Source of the DNA: an uncultured Actinomycetes bacterium
GTDB taxonomy: Bacteria > Actinomycetota > Thermoleophilia > Gaiellales > JALYLC01
DNA: 64,000 nucleotides
Reading direction: 5' to 3'
NCBI GenBank assembly: GCA_963834415.1
Contig: CAWIBP010000005.1
Coordinates: 205,734 to 269,733, forward strand
Shown here: positions 44,689 through 55,880 of the stretch, piece after piece
Position numbering within the stretch: the stretch's first letter is position 1
Layout of the letters: each line of letters begins with the position of its first letter
Program-made: the position numbers and the translations under genes
The notes under the pieces: generated by a model
What the model was told of the DNA's origin: nothing
Databases searched by the model: none
The model's input: the letters and a program-made list of their open reading frames with translations, nothing else

Positions 44689-45671
44689 AGCTCCACCTCC
44701 GTGCCGATGCCGGATTGCTCGGCCACGAGCAGGGCGAGCTCGACCGCCGCCAGATCCTCCACCGCGAGGCCGAGCGAGACGAACACGGTCAGCTCCTCGG
44801 CGCTCGCGCGCCCCGGCGCGGAGCCGGTCAGCACCTCGCCGAGCTCGGCGAGGGCGACGTCCTCCGCGAGCAGACCCTCGCGCATCGCGAGCAGCACGTC
44901 GCCCGACTCGTTGAGCGCCGACTCGCGCGCGTCGACCACGATGCGCGCGGCGGCCATCGTCGCGCCGTCGAGCTCGCGCGTCGTCGGGATGCTCGAGCCC
45001 ACGGCATTGACGTGCGTTCCAGGCTGCAGCCAGGCGCGCTCGACGATCGGCTCGCGCGCCGTCGTGGTGGCGCAGACGACGTCGGCATCGCGCAGCGCCT
45101 CCTCGACCGAGGCGACGGCGCTCGCATCCCAGGCATGGCGCTCGGCGGTCGTGGCGGCCAGCGCGGCCGCGGGCTCCGGGCGGCGCGAATAGATGCGCAC
45201 GCGCTCGAGCGGCAGCACGCAGGCCATCGCCTCGATGTGCGCCCGTGCCTGGGTGCCCGCGCCGAGCACGGCGAGCGAGACGGCGCCCTCCCGCGCGAGC
45301 GCGCGGGTTGCGACGGCGCTCACCGCGGCCGTGCGGATCTCGGTCACGGCCGAGCCGTCGACGATCCCGCGCACCCGGCCGTTCTCGCCGTCGAAGACGA
45401 CGACGATGCCTTGGTGGGCGTCGAGGCCGATCTTCGGGTTCTCGGGGAAGATCGCGACGGCCTTGAGCCCGAAGGCCGGCGCGCTGCCGGCGCGGTGCGC
45501 GGTCATCAGCCCCATCAGCCCCTGCGACTTCGGCGGCCGCACCACCGAGCGCAGCGGCAGGTAGAGGTCGTCGCCCGCGAGCTCGCGCAGGACCGCGTCC
45601 ATGGCCTCGATGCAGTCGGCCATCGTGAGCGCGGCGCGCACGTCGTCGCCGCTGAGGATGCGGACGCTCAT
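44685..45671 (-). CDS. Ornithine cyclodeaminase / mu-crystallin family protein
   Basis: GLKAV...PEN...GL..HQG, RTAAVSA, LGAGTQA, HVNAVGS, SLGLAVED. Confidence 0.9.
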   Translation of the reverse strand: MSVRILSGDDVRAALTMADCIEAMDAVLRELAGDDLYLPLRSVVRPPKSQGLMGLMTAHRAGSAPAFGLKAVAIFPENPKIGLDAHQGIVVVFDGENGRVRGIVDGSAVTEIRTAAVSAVATRALAREGAVSLAVLGAGTQARAHIEAMACVLPLERVRIYSRRPEPAAALAATTAERHAWDASAVASVEEALRDADVVCATTTAREPIVERAWLQPGTHVNAVGSSIPTTRELDGATMAAARIVVDARESALNESGDVLLAMREGLLAEDVALAELGEVLTGSAPGRASAEELTVFVSLGLAVEDLAAVELALLVAEQSGIGTEVEL

Positions 45672-46667
45672 GCCGGCGTCCCGAGCGCGCGCGGGAAGAG
45701 CTCCGAGATCTCGAAGATGTCGGCGTCGCTGAGCGTCAGCTCGAGCGCCGCGCGCGCGGGCTCCAGATGCTCGGGCCGGCGCGGGCCGACGACGATCGGG
45801 TTGACGAGCGGCGAGGCCATCAGCCAGGCCAGCGCGAGCGCCGACATCTCGACCCCGCGCTGGCTCGCCATCTGCTCGAGCCGCTCGAGCGCGTCGAAGA
45901 CCTCGTCGCGCTGGAGGTGCTCGTAGGGCCCGGAGCGGAGCGTCATGCGCGAGCCCTCGGGCGCATCCTCGTCGCGCTTGTACTTGCCGGTCAGCCAGCC
46001 GCCGGTGAGCGGCGAGAAGGGCGAGAAGCCGAGGCCCAGCTCGGCGCACAGCGGCAGGACGTCGGCCTCGGCCGAGCGGTCGAGCAGGCTGTACGACGAC
46101 TGCACCCACTCGAAGCGCGCGAGGCCCCGCACGTCGCTGATCCAGAGCGCGCGCGCGAGCCGCCAGGCCTCGATGTTGCTGGCGCCGATGTACAGCAGCT
46201 TGCCCGCGCCGCGCAGATCGTCGAGCGCCGAGAGCGTCTCCTCGAGCGGCGTCAGCGGGTCGGGCTCGTGGATCAGGAAGAGATCGAGGCGCTCGGCGCC
46301 GAGCCGCTGGAGGCTCGCGTCCACCTGGCGCACGAGGTGGCGGCGCGAGAGCCCGCGGTCGTTCGGCCCGTCGCCGACCGGGTTGAACGCCTTGCGTGCT
46401 GAGCAGCACCTGGTCGCGCACGGCCGGGCCCTTGGTCGCGAGCCACTTGCCGATCGCCGTCTCGCTGCGGCCGCCGCCGTAGGCATCGGCGGTGTCGAAG
46501 ACGTTGATGCCCAGCTCGAAGGCCGCGTCCATGATCGCGAACGCCTCCTCGTCGCTCTCGCCCTGGCCGAAGAACTCGGGCGCCGAGCCGATGCCCCCGA
46601 AGTTGCCGCAGCCGAGCGCGATGCGCGAGACCTGGAGTCCGGTGCTGCCGAGGGAGCGATAGTCCAT
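45668..46667 (-). CDS. Aldo/keto reductase (frameshift near 46395)
   Basis: LGSTGLQVS, FDTADAYG, SLQRLG...DL..IH, YIGASN, FSPL.GG.LTGKY. Confidence 0.92.
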
Positions 46668-46715
46668 GGCGCCCATGATTGCGCGATCAGCGAGCGCGGG
46701 GCGGCGGGCGCACGC

Positions 46716-48397
46716 TCACGAGAAGAAGCGCCGGGGCGACATGACGGCGTCGAGGATGCCGAGCCGGCCGAGCACCTCGTCGCGCTTCGTCGCGAGCTTG
46801 CCGGGCAGGAGCTGCTTGGCGACCAGGTACCCGGAGCCCGCGCCGAGGCCGGGGCCCGGGTGGGTCGAGGCGCCGATCTGCCAGAGGCTGTCGATCGCCC
46901 TCGGCCTTGTGGCCCGGGCTCTGGCCGTTCGGGCGCCACAGGAGGTTCTGGTCGAGCGCGCACGAGCCGGAGTAGATGTCGCCGCCGACGAGGTTGCAGT
47001 TGAGGCCCTCGAGGTCGGCCGGCGAGAGCGCGACGCGCTTGATCGTGGCGCTGCCGAGGTTCGTGATCTGCTCGCCGAGGCGCGCGACGATGCGGTCGGC
47101 GTAGGCCTCGCGCAGCTCCTCGGTCCAGGTGCCGTCGCCGACGTCGAGCTCGCCGAGGGCGTCGCCGGTCGGCCGCTGCGGCAGCTCCTGCAGCTGGATC
47201 CAGATCACCGACTTGCCCTCGGGCGCGCGGCTCGGGTCGACCGCGCACGGCTGGCCGCAGACGATCGTGGCCTCGGCCGGCAGCAGCCCGCGCTCGGCCT
47301 CGTTGACCGCGCGCGAGACGCCGTTCAGGCCCGGCGTGACGTGCACCATGGCGCTGCGCGCGAGCCGCTCGGCCTCGGGCGAGGCCCACTGCGGCAGCTC
47401 GTCGAGCGCGAGGTGGATCTGCATGCCCGCGCGGCCGTAGCGGAAGCCCTGCGCGGCCTCCCAGACCTTCGGCTCGCGCCTCCTCCTTGCGCAGCAGGCG
47501 CCCGTACAGCTGGGTCGGGGTGACGCTCGCGATCACGGCCCGGGCGGCGTCGATGCGCTCGCCGTCGGCCAGCCGCACGCCGTGCGCGCCTGGCCCTTCG
47601 AGACGAGCACGCGGTCGACGTCGGCGTTCGTGCGCAGCTCGCCGCCGTGCTCGCGCACGATCGCCGCGAGCGCCTCGACCAGGCGGATGCCGCCGCCGCG
47701 CGGCACGGGCATGCCGCCGAGCTGCACCGCGCAGCCGATCACCTGCGTCATGAAGCCCGCGACCGCCTGCTCCGGGCCGAGCCCGGTGTGCAGCACCCAG
47801 GGCGCGAGCAGGCCGTGCGCGCGCTCGGATTCGAACGTCGCCTCGAGCCAGTCGCGCGCGCTGATCAGCGAGCTGCCGGCGAACGCGAGCAGGCCCTTGC
47901 GGCCCATGCTGCCGTAGGCCTTGCGCGCGAGGCCGAGGCCCTGCAGCGACCAGAGCTCGGCCGAGAGCACGCCGAAGCTGTGCTCCGCGGTCGCCATGAA
48001 CTCGCCGAACTGGCGCGCCCAGGCGGCGCCGTCGCCGGCGGCGTGGCGGTCGAACTCGGCGATGTTGTCGTCGAGCGAGGTCGTCAGGAACGCGGCCCCG
48101 CCGTCGGGGAAGAGCGTCGCCGTCGGCAGGTCGGTGTTGAGGTACTCGAGGCCGTGGCGGCGCGAGGTCGTCGCCCAGCTCGGCGAAGGCCGCCGAGCCG
48201 GCGAAGAGCGGGTGCCACGAGGCCATCAGCTCGTGCGTGAAGCCCGGCGCGGTGAGCTCGTCGCTCGTGCGGATCGCGCCGCCGAGCACGTCGTTGCGCT
48301 CGAGCACGCAGACGTTCCAGCCGCCGCGCGCGAGCAGGGCGGCGCCGGTCAGGGAGTTGATCCCGGAGCCCACGAAGATCGCGTCGAAGGGCGCCAC
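46716..48397 (-). CDS. Phytoene-dehydrogenase-like FAD oxidoreductase (COG1233); several frameshifts
   Basis: DAIFVGSGINSL, VLER...GGA, PWVLHTGLGP, DPSRAPEG, NLVGGDIYSG, GASTHPGPGLG. Confidence 0.85.
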
Positions 48398-48404
48398 GGC
48401 GCGG

Positions 48405-48440
48405 AACATACCAGCCGCAAGAGGTTGTGTATATGATCAA
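48405..48440. promoter_or_regulatory. Back-to-back leaderless promoters with TGATCAAA motif
   Basis: Minus strand TATGTT-7nt-GTG(48397); plus strand TATGAT-7nt-ATG(48445), overlapped by tgatcaaa. Confidence 0.6.
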
Positions 48441-48444
48441 ACGC

Positions 48445-49298
48445 ATGCTGCTGCGAGAGGTCGAGTACGCCCGCCCCGGAAGTGTCGAGGAGGCGGTTCG
48501 TCTCCTCGGTGCCCACGACGGCGCGCGGGCTCTGGCGGGCGGACAGACGCTCGTCAACGTGATGAAAGCGCGTGCCGCGTCGCCCGACGTGCTCGTCGAT
48601 CTGGCCGACCTGACCGAGCTCAAGGGCATCGGGCGCGGGGACGGCGGGTCGCTCGAGCTGGGCGCGATGGTCACCTACAGCGAGCTCGTGCGCTCGCCCG
48701 ACGTCGCAGGCGGCGAGGCCGATCCTGGCCGAGGTCGCCGCGACGATCGCCGACCGCCAGGTGCAGAACCGCGGCACCGTCGGCGGCAACGTCTGCGTCA
48801 ACGATCCCGACGAACCACCTCCCGCCGCTGTTCGCGGCCATGGAGGCGACGTTCACGATCCTCGGCCCCGGGGGCGAGCGGACGGTCTCCTCCGCCGACT
48901 TCTTCCTGGGCGTCTACATGACCGCCGTCGAGGAAGGCGAGCTGCTCACGCGCATCTCGGTGCCCGCGCTGCCCGCGGGCGGCGGCGACGCGCTCGAGGG
49001 CATCACCCTCGGCGCGCACGGCACCTACATCGTGAGCGCGGCCGCGACGGTCGCGCCCGGCAGCGTGCGCGTCGCGCTCGGCTGCGTCTCGGCCGTGCCC
49101 GAGCGCATGGGCGCGCTCGAGGCGGCGCTGTCCGGCGCCGAGCTCACCAAGGAGACGGTGCACGCGGCCGTCGCAGGGCTCGGCGACGAGCTCGATCCGC
49201 CCTCGGACGTGCACGCGCCGGCCGAGTACCGCCGCCGGCTCGCCGAGGTCTGCTGCGAGCGCGCCGTGCTGGCCGCCGCGAAGCGAGCGAAGGGATGA
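48445..49298 (+). CDS. Molybdenum hydroxylase FAD subunit (CoxM-like; frameshifted)
   Basis: ALAGGQTL, QVQNRGTVGGN, SDVHAPAEYRR. Confidence 0.9.
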
Positions 49299-49792
49299 GC
49301 GTGAGCGAGCCGAGCGACAGCCGGTCGATCTCCGTCGAGGTCAACGGCACCACCTACGACCGCGAGGTCGCCGCGCGGCGGCTGCTCGTGCACTTCATCC
49401 GCGACGATCTCGACCTCACGGGCACGCACGTCGGCTGCGACACCGGCAACTGCGGCGCCTGCACCGTGCAGCTCGAGGGCCAGGCGGTGAAGAGCTGCAT
49501 GATGCTCGCCGTGCAGGCCGACGGCGCGCACATCCGCACCGTCGAGGGCCTCGCGAGCGACGACGGCGAGCTGACCCCGCTGCAGCGCGCGTTCACCGAT
49601 CACCACGCGCTCCAGTGCGGCTACTGCACGCCCGGCATGCTGGTCAGCGCGACGGCGCTGCTGGAGCAGAACCCGAGCCCGTCCGAGCACGAGGTCAAGG
49701 CCGCGCTGCAGGGCAACATCTGCCGCTGCACCGGCTACTGGAACATCATCGAGGCCGTCCAGGCCGCCGCGAAGGAGGTGCCTGCCTCGTGA
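49295..49792 (+). CDS. Molybdenum hydroxylase 2Fe-2S subunit (CoxS-like)
   Basis: GCDTGNCGACTV, QCGYCTPG, GNICRCTGY. Confidence 0.95.
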   Translation: MSVSEPSDSRSISVEVNGTTYDREVAARRLLVHFIRDDLDLTGTHVGCDTGNCGACTVQLEGQAVKSCMMLAVQADGAHIRTVEGLASDDGELTPLQRAFTDHHALQCGYCTPGMLVSATALLEQNPSPSEHEVKAALQGNICRCTGYWNIIEAVQAAAKEVPAS

Positions 49793-52243
49793 GCAGCGTC
49801 GCGCCCGAGGTCACCGAGACCGGGACCTACGTCGGCCAGAGCGTCCCGCGCAAGGAGGACGGCCGCCTCGTCCAGGGGCAGGGCGTCTTCGTCGACGACA
49901 TCAAGCGCCACAACCAGGGCTACATCCACTTCGTGCGCTCGCCCTACGCGCACGCGCGCATCCTCTCGGTCGACGTCAGCGCCGCGCTCGAGGCGCCCGG
50001 CGTCTTCGGCACGCTGACCGGCGACGAGGTCGCGATCCTGACCGAGCCGTTCTTCCAGATCGCGCCGCAGCCCGGGCGGCAACATCAAGGACTACGCGCT
50101 GGCCGTCGGCCGCGCGCGCTTCGTCGGCGACCCGGTGGCCGCCGTCGTCGCCGCGACGCGCGAGCTGGCCCGCGACGCCGCCGAGCTGATCGAGGTCGAC
50201 TACGACGTGCTCGACCCGGTCGTGGACGCGCGCATCGCGCGCGACCCGCGCTCGCCGCTCCTGCACGAGGAGATCGGCAGCAACGAGAGCTGGAGCGGGG
50301 TCTACGACTGGGGCGACGTCGAGGGCGCGTTCGCCGAGGCCGATCACGTCGTCTCGATCGGCGAGCTCCACTTCGACCGCTTCAACTCCACGCCGCTCGA
50401 GCTCGACGCGGCGCTCGTCGAGTACAACCGCGGCACCGGGCAGTGGACGATCCACTGCAACAACCAGTTCCCGGGCTTCGCGGTGATCATGATGGGCCCG
50501 GCGCTCGGCGTCGGTCTCGACAAGCTGCGCATGGTCACGCAGGACATCGGCGGCGGCTTCGGCAACAAGATCACGACGCACCCGCAGCTCGTCGCCTGCT
50601 GCCTGCTCGCCCGCAAGCTCAACCGCCCGGTGCAGTGGACCGAGGCGCGCACCGACTTCCACCAGTCGATGTCGCACGGCAACGAGCGCTGGTTCCACGA
50701 CATCGAGGTCGCGGTCAAGGCCGACGGCGAGATGCTCGGCTTCCGCTGCAAGGCGCTCGACGACGCCGGCGCGTACCTGCGCTACGAGCCGCTCGGCGGC
50801 GCGATCTGGGTGCAGGTCGCGCCCGGCATGTACCGCTGGCGCAACATCCGCGTCGAGTACTCGCAGGTCGTCACCAACAAGGCGCCCGTCTCGCCCAACC
50901 GCGGCTACTCGCGCATGCAGCACCTGTGGCTGACCGAGCGCATCATCGACATCGTCGCGCACGAGCTCGAGCTCGATCCGGTCGCCGTGCGCAAGCTCAA
51001 CTACGTGCAGCCCGAGCAGATGCCGTACCAGACGCCGAGCGGCTGCGTCTACGACTCCGGCGACTACCCGCGCGCGCTCGACGCGCTGCTCGAGCTGATC
51101 GGGCACGACGAGCTCGAGGCGCGCCGCGCCGACGCCAAGGCGCGCGGCAAGCTGCTCGGCTTCGGCATCGGCTCGACGCTCGACTCCGGCACGAACAACT
51201 TCGCGCAGTCGACCTACCTCAACCCGGATCTGCAGTTCTCGGGCAACAGCGAGGTCTGCACGATCAAGCTCGACATCTTCGGCGAGGTCGTGGTCACGCT
51301 CGGCACGACGCCGCAGGGCCAGGGCCACGAGACGACCACGGCCCAGGTCGTCGCCGACATCATCGGCTGCACGACCGACATGGTCACGGTGCGCGTCGGC
51401 CACGACTCGTACTGGAACTCGCACGCGGGCTTCTCGGGGACCTACGCGAGCCAGTTCGCGGTCTCGGGCCTCGGCGCGGTCAAGGGCGCGGCCGACGGGC
51501 TCGCGGCGCAGATGCGCGAGCTCGCCGCGCTCGTGCTCGGGGCCCAGCCCGTCGACATCGAGCTGGCCGGCGGGTTCGCCCGCCTGCGCGAGAACCACGA
51601 GGTCGCCCTGCCGTTCATGGCGCTCGGCGCGATCGTCAACGTCAACAACGCCAACCTGCCCGAGGACTTCGAGCCGACGATGAACGTGCGGTACGTCTAC
51701 CGCCCGCACTTCGAGCCGCTCGACCTCGAGAAGAAGTTCGGCAACCTGACGCTCACGTACTCGATGCAGATCCACGGCTGCATCCTCGAGATCGACCCGG
51801 AGACGGGCGTCTACGAGGTCGTCGAGTACGCCGTGATCGACGACTGCGGCAACCGCATCAACCCGCAGATCGTCGAGGGCCAGGTGATGGGCGCCACGGC
51901 GCACGCGCTCGGCGCGGCGACCTGGGAGACGTTCGCCTACGACGAGGACGGCAACCTGCTGACGCCGAACTTCTACGACTACCACGTGCCCCACGCGCTC
52001 GACATGCCGCCCCTCAAGACGGGCGCGATCGAGTCGCCGTCGCCGTTCTCGGCGCTCGGCACCAAGGGCATGGGGGAGGGCGGCGGCGCCGGCATCCACG
52101 CCGTCTGCGCCGCCCTGCAGGACGCGCTCAGGGATGCGGGCGGCGCGATCATCCATGACAGCCACAACCCCTACCACCGTGTCTTCTCGATGTTGAGCGA
52201 CCCGGCTGCGACGCGGGCCGACGTGAAGGTGGAGAAACGATGA
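49789..52243 (+). CDS. Molybdenum hydroxylase large subunit (xanthine dehydrogenase family, not CODH; frameshift near 50075)
   Basis: RSPYAHA, IGGGFGNK, QGQGHETT, DCG..INP.IVEGQ..G, KGMGEGG; loop reads PNRGYSR rather than AYxCSFR. Confidence 0.92.
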
Positions 52244-52686
52244 GGGTCGAGGGAACCAGGGACTTCGAGGCGTCGCGCGAGCGCGTCTGGGCGGTCATCA
52301 GCGATCCCGCGGGCATGGCCGGCCTGATGCCGGGCGTCGAGGGCTTCGAGGTCATCGACGACACCCACTGGCGCGCCAAGGTCAAGGTGCCGCTCGGGCT
52401 CGGCGGGCTCAAGATGACGATGGACTTCGAGCAGCTCGAGGAGCGCCCGCTCGAGTACGCCGCGATGCGCGGCAAGGGCAAGGGCATGGGCGCGATGATG
52501 GACATGACGACGTCCTTCACGCTCAGCGGCGAGGGCGACTCCACGCACATGGAGTGGGGCGCCGACGTCAAGCTCGCCGGCGTGCTCGGCTCGATGGGCC
52601 AGCGCGTGCTGCAGCCGATCATCAACCAGCAGGTCGAGGGCATCATGAGCGCGCTCGAGACCCAGCTCGCGGCGGGTGCGGCGTGA
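52240..52686 (+). CDS. CoxG/SRPBCC family protein
   Basis: VW..ISDP....LMPG, G.LGSMGQR. Confidence 0.88.
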   Translation: MRVEGTRDFEASRERVWAVISDPAGMAGLMPGVEGFEVIDDTHWRAKVKVPLGLGGLKMTMDFEQLEERPLEYAAMRGKGKGMGAMMDMTTSFTLSGEGDSTHMEWGADVKLAGVLGSMGQRVLQPIINQQVEGIMSALETQLAAGAA

Positions 52687-53761
52687 GCGTCCCCTTCCGC
52701 GTCGGCGTGATGCAGCTGACGATGGAGCCGCTCGAGGAGATGCTCGAGTCGGCCCGCGTCATGGACGAGGCCGGGCTCGACACGATCTGGCTCGCCGAGG
52801 CCTACCCGTGGTGGCGCAAGCACGGCATGGAGGCCAAGTCCTCGACCGTGCTCGCCGGCATGATCGCCCGCGAGACCAAGCGGCTCACGGTCGGCTGGGG
52901 GATCATCTCGCCGTACACGCGCCATCCGGTGCAGGTCGCCATGGACGCGCGGCTCGTGCAGGAGGCCGCCGGCCCGGACCGCTTCATCGCCGGCTTCGGC
53001 ACGTCGAAGATCTTCCTCAACAACACCAAGCAGGGCGGGCCGCCCAAGGTCACGAAGCCGCTCGCGACGATGCGCGACTCGGTCGAGATCCTGCGCGGCG
53101 TGCTCGGCGGCGAGCGCTTCGAGTACGACGGCAAGGTCTTCTCGGCCGACATCCCGGCGCTCGCCGAGGATGCGCACGTGCCGCGCTGGAACGTCCCGGT
53201 CTACGTCGCCGGCACCGCGCCGCTGATGCAGCAGCTCGGCGGCGAGATCGGCGACGGCCTGCTGACGCCGTCGATCACGACGCCCGACTTCGTGCGCTAC
53301 ACGCTCGGCAACGTCAGGATCGGCGCCGAGAAGGCGGGCCGCGACCCGGCCTCGGTCGACGTCGGCTGCACCGTGGTCGCCTCGATCCACGCCACCGATC
53401 GCGACAAGGGCCGCGACGGCGCGCGCGAGATCGCCGGCATGTACCTGGCCAACAAGGTGCAGAACATCCAGGGCTCGGCCGACACGCTGCTCGACCTCGC
53501 GCAGATCGACCCCGAGGAGATCCGCCCGGTCGCCGTGGCGATGGAGGAGGGCGGCCGCCTGGCCGCCAAGGCCAAGGTCACCGACTCGATCCTCGACCGC
53601 TGCAAGCCGATCGCGGGCACGCCCGACGACTGCGTCGCCGCGATCGAGGAGTACAAGGCAGCCGGCTGCACGCACGTCATGCTGGAGCTCTGGGGCGCCG
53701 ACCGGCACGAGCAGATCCGGCTGTTCGGCGAGCAGGTGCTCCCGCGCGTGCGCGAGCGTGA
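52683..53761 (+). CDS. Luciferase-like (LLM) flavin/F420-dependent oxidoreductase; stop obscured by an indel
   Basis: IWLAE, GIISPYTRHP...AM, VYVAG..P.M..L.GEIGDG, IAGTPDDC. Confidence 0.87.
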
Positions 53762-55002
53762 GCGCAGCGCTCCGGATCGACCGCGACCGCCTCGTCGAGT
53801 GGGCCGGCCGCGCGATCGACACCCCGAGCTTCACGGGCGACGAGCAGGCGATGGCCGAGCTCATGCGCGAGACGTTCACCGAGATGGGCCTGAGCGTGCA
53901 GTGGCAGCAGGTCGAGGACGGCCGCGCCAACGTGCTCGGCATCCGCGAGGGCTCGGGCGGCGGCCCGAGCCTGATGTTCAACGGCCACATGGACACCTCG
54001 TACTCGGGCCGCGAGCCCTGGCTGACGGGCGTGCCCGGCTTCCAGCCGGCGCACTTCATCGAGGACGGCAGCCTCTACGGGCTCGGCATCTCGAACATGA
54101 AGGGCGCGCTCGCCTGCTACGTCGAGGCGCTGCGCGCGCTCGCCGACGCGGGCCTGCATCTGCGCGGCGACTGCATGATCGCGGCCGTCAGCGGCGAGAT
54201 CGAGAAGACGCAGTACGGCGACGCGCAGGGCGCGCAGTACCGCGGCTACGCCGCCGGCTCGCGCTACCTCGTGAGCCACGGCGGCGTGGCCGACATGTGC
54301 ATCCTCGGCGAGCCGACCGAGGGCAAGGTCGTGCTCGGCCACTTCGGCTCGCTCTGGCTGCGCATCGGCACGCAGGGCAACTTCATCCACACCGCGTTCT
54401 CCGAGGGCAAGGAGCACCTCAACTCGATCCGGCGGATGCACGAGGTCATGGCCGCCGTGCTCGAGTGGATCCCGACCTGGGAGGGCGACCCCGAGAACGC
54501 CTACCGCGGCTCCTCGGCGCTCGTCAACGTCGGCGCGATCTCGGGCGGCTTCGGCTGGCGCGTCTCGCGCACGCCGCACCACACCGACCTCTTCCTCGAC
54601 GTGCGCGTGCCGCCGACCAAGTCGATGGCGGTCGCGCGCGGCCAGGTGCTCGACATGGTGCGCGACCTGCGCCGGCGGTTCCCCGACTACGGCGTCGACG
54701 GCGAGGTCTACGTGACCGCGCCGGGCGCCGAGATCGAGGAGAGCCACCCGATGATCGCGGCGATCGACGAGAGCCACGCCGAGGTCTTCGGCGGCGTGCC
54801 GGAACGCGCCGTGACGCGCTGGTTCTCGGACGCCTCGGCGCTCACGCGCTACGGCGTGCCGACGGTCAACTACGGCACATCGACGGGCCTGATGGACACC
54901 TCCAAGGGCGAGAACCTGACGATCGACGGTCTGGCACAGACCGCCGAGGTCTACGCACGCGCAGCGCTGCGCATCTGCGGACAGGACGGAGACAGCACGT
55001 GA
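53758..55002 (+). CDS. M20/ArgE-like amidohydrolase with non-canonical metal ligands
   Basis: LMFNGHMDT, YGLG.SNMKG, GEPT, NVGAISGG. Confidence 0.85.
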   Translation: MSAALRIDRDRLVEWAGRAIDTPSFTGDEQAMAELMRETFTEMGLSVQWQQVEDGRANVLGIREGSGGGPSLMFNGHMDTSYSGREPWLTGVPGFQPAHFIEDGSLYGLGISNMKGALACYVEALRALADAGLHLRGDCMIAAVSGEIEKTQYGDAQGAQYRGYAAGSRYLVSHGGVADMCILGEPTEGKVVLGHFGSLWLRIGTQGNFIHTAFSEGKEHLNSIRRMHEVMAAVLEWIPTWEGDPENAYRGSSALVNVGAISGGFGWRVSRTPHHTDLFLDVRVPPTKSMAVARGQVLDMVRDLRRRFPDYGVDGEVYVTAPGAEIEESHPMIAAIDESHAEVFGGVPERAVTRWFSDASALTRYGVPTVNYGTSTGLMDTSKGENLTIDGLAQTAEVYARAALRICGQDGDST

Positions 55003-55880
55003 AGCTTGTGACCTTCGAGCACGCCGGGGACGGCGGTGCGGTGGGGCATGTCGTCGGCGACGAGATCGCCGAGCTCGGCGTCCCCACGATGCGCGAGTAC
55101 TTCGAGCGCGGCGGGGCCGACGAGACGGGACGCCGCGTGCCGCTCGCCGAGGCCAGGCTGCTGCCGCCGATCGTGCCGAAGAAGTTCTTCCACACCGCGG
55201 GCAACTTCCGCGAGCACGAGGAGGAGAGCAAGCAGGTCGACTGGGATCACGAGATCGCGCCCTGGATCGTCTTCTTCCAGAACGTCGACGCGCTCGTCGG
55301 CCAGGACGACCCGGTGATCTACCCCGAGCACATGACCGAGGAGCTCGACTACGAGCTCGAGCTCGCCGTGATCGTGCGAAGAAGGCCGGCAAGTGGTTCT
55401 CGCCGGAGGAGGCCGCCGACTACATCGGCGGCTACGTGATCTTCAACGACATCACCGCGCGCGACATCCAGCGCCGCGAGATGCGCTCGGGCGTGTTCTC
55501 GTTCTGCAAGGCGATCGACACGTTCTGCCCGCTCGGGCCGTGGATCGTGACGCCGGACGAGATCGCCGATCCCGCACGACCTCAAGATGGAGCTGCGGGT
55601 CAACGGCAAGCCGCGCCAGGAGTCGCACTCCTCGCGCATGTCGGTGACGATCCCCGAGATCCTCAGCCATTACTCGGCGCTCGGCTACTCGGCCGGCGAC
55701 ATCGTCTCGACCGGCACCGTCTCGGGCGTCGCCGGCTTCTCGCCCGACGCCGCGTCGCTGTATCTCAAGCCGGGCGACGTGATGGAGTGCGAGATCGAGG
55801 GCATCGGCACCCTGCGCAACCCCGTGATCTCGTGGCAGGAGGGCCACGGGGAGCCCGCACCCCCGCGGGTGCGCTGGTGA
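54999..55880 (+). CDS. Fumarylacetoacetate hydrolase family protein (frameshifted)
   Basis: LDYELELAV, FNDITARDIQ, KAIDTFCPLGPW, GDIVSTGT. Confidence 0.9.

Noticed and set aside
48445-52686. Aerobic CO dehydrogenase (coxMSLG)
   Set aside because: The large subunit lacks AYxCSFR and AYxGAGR, and there are no coxDEF genes.
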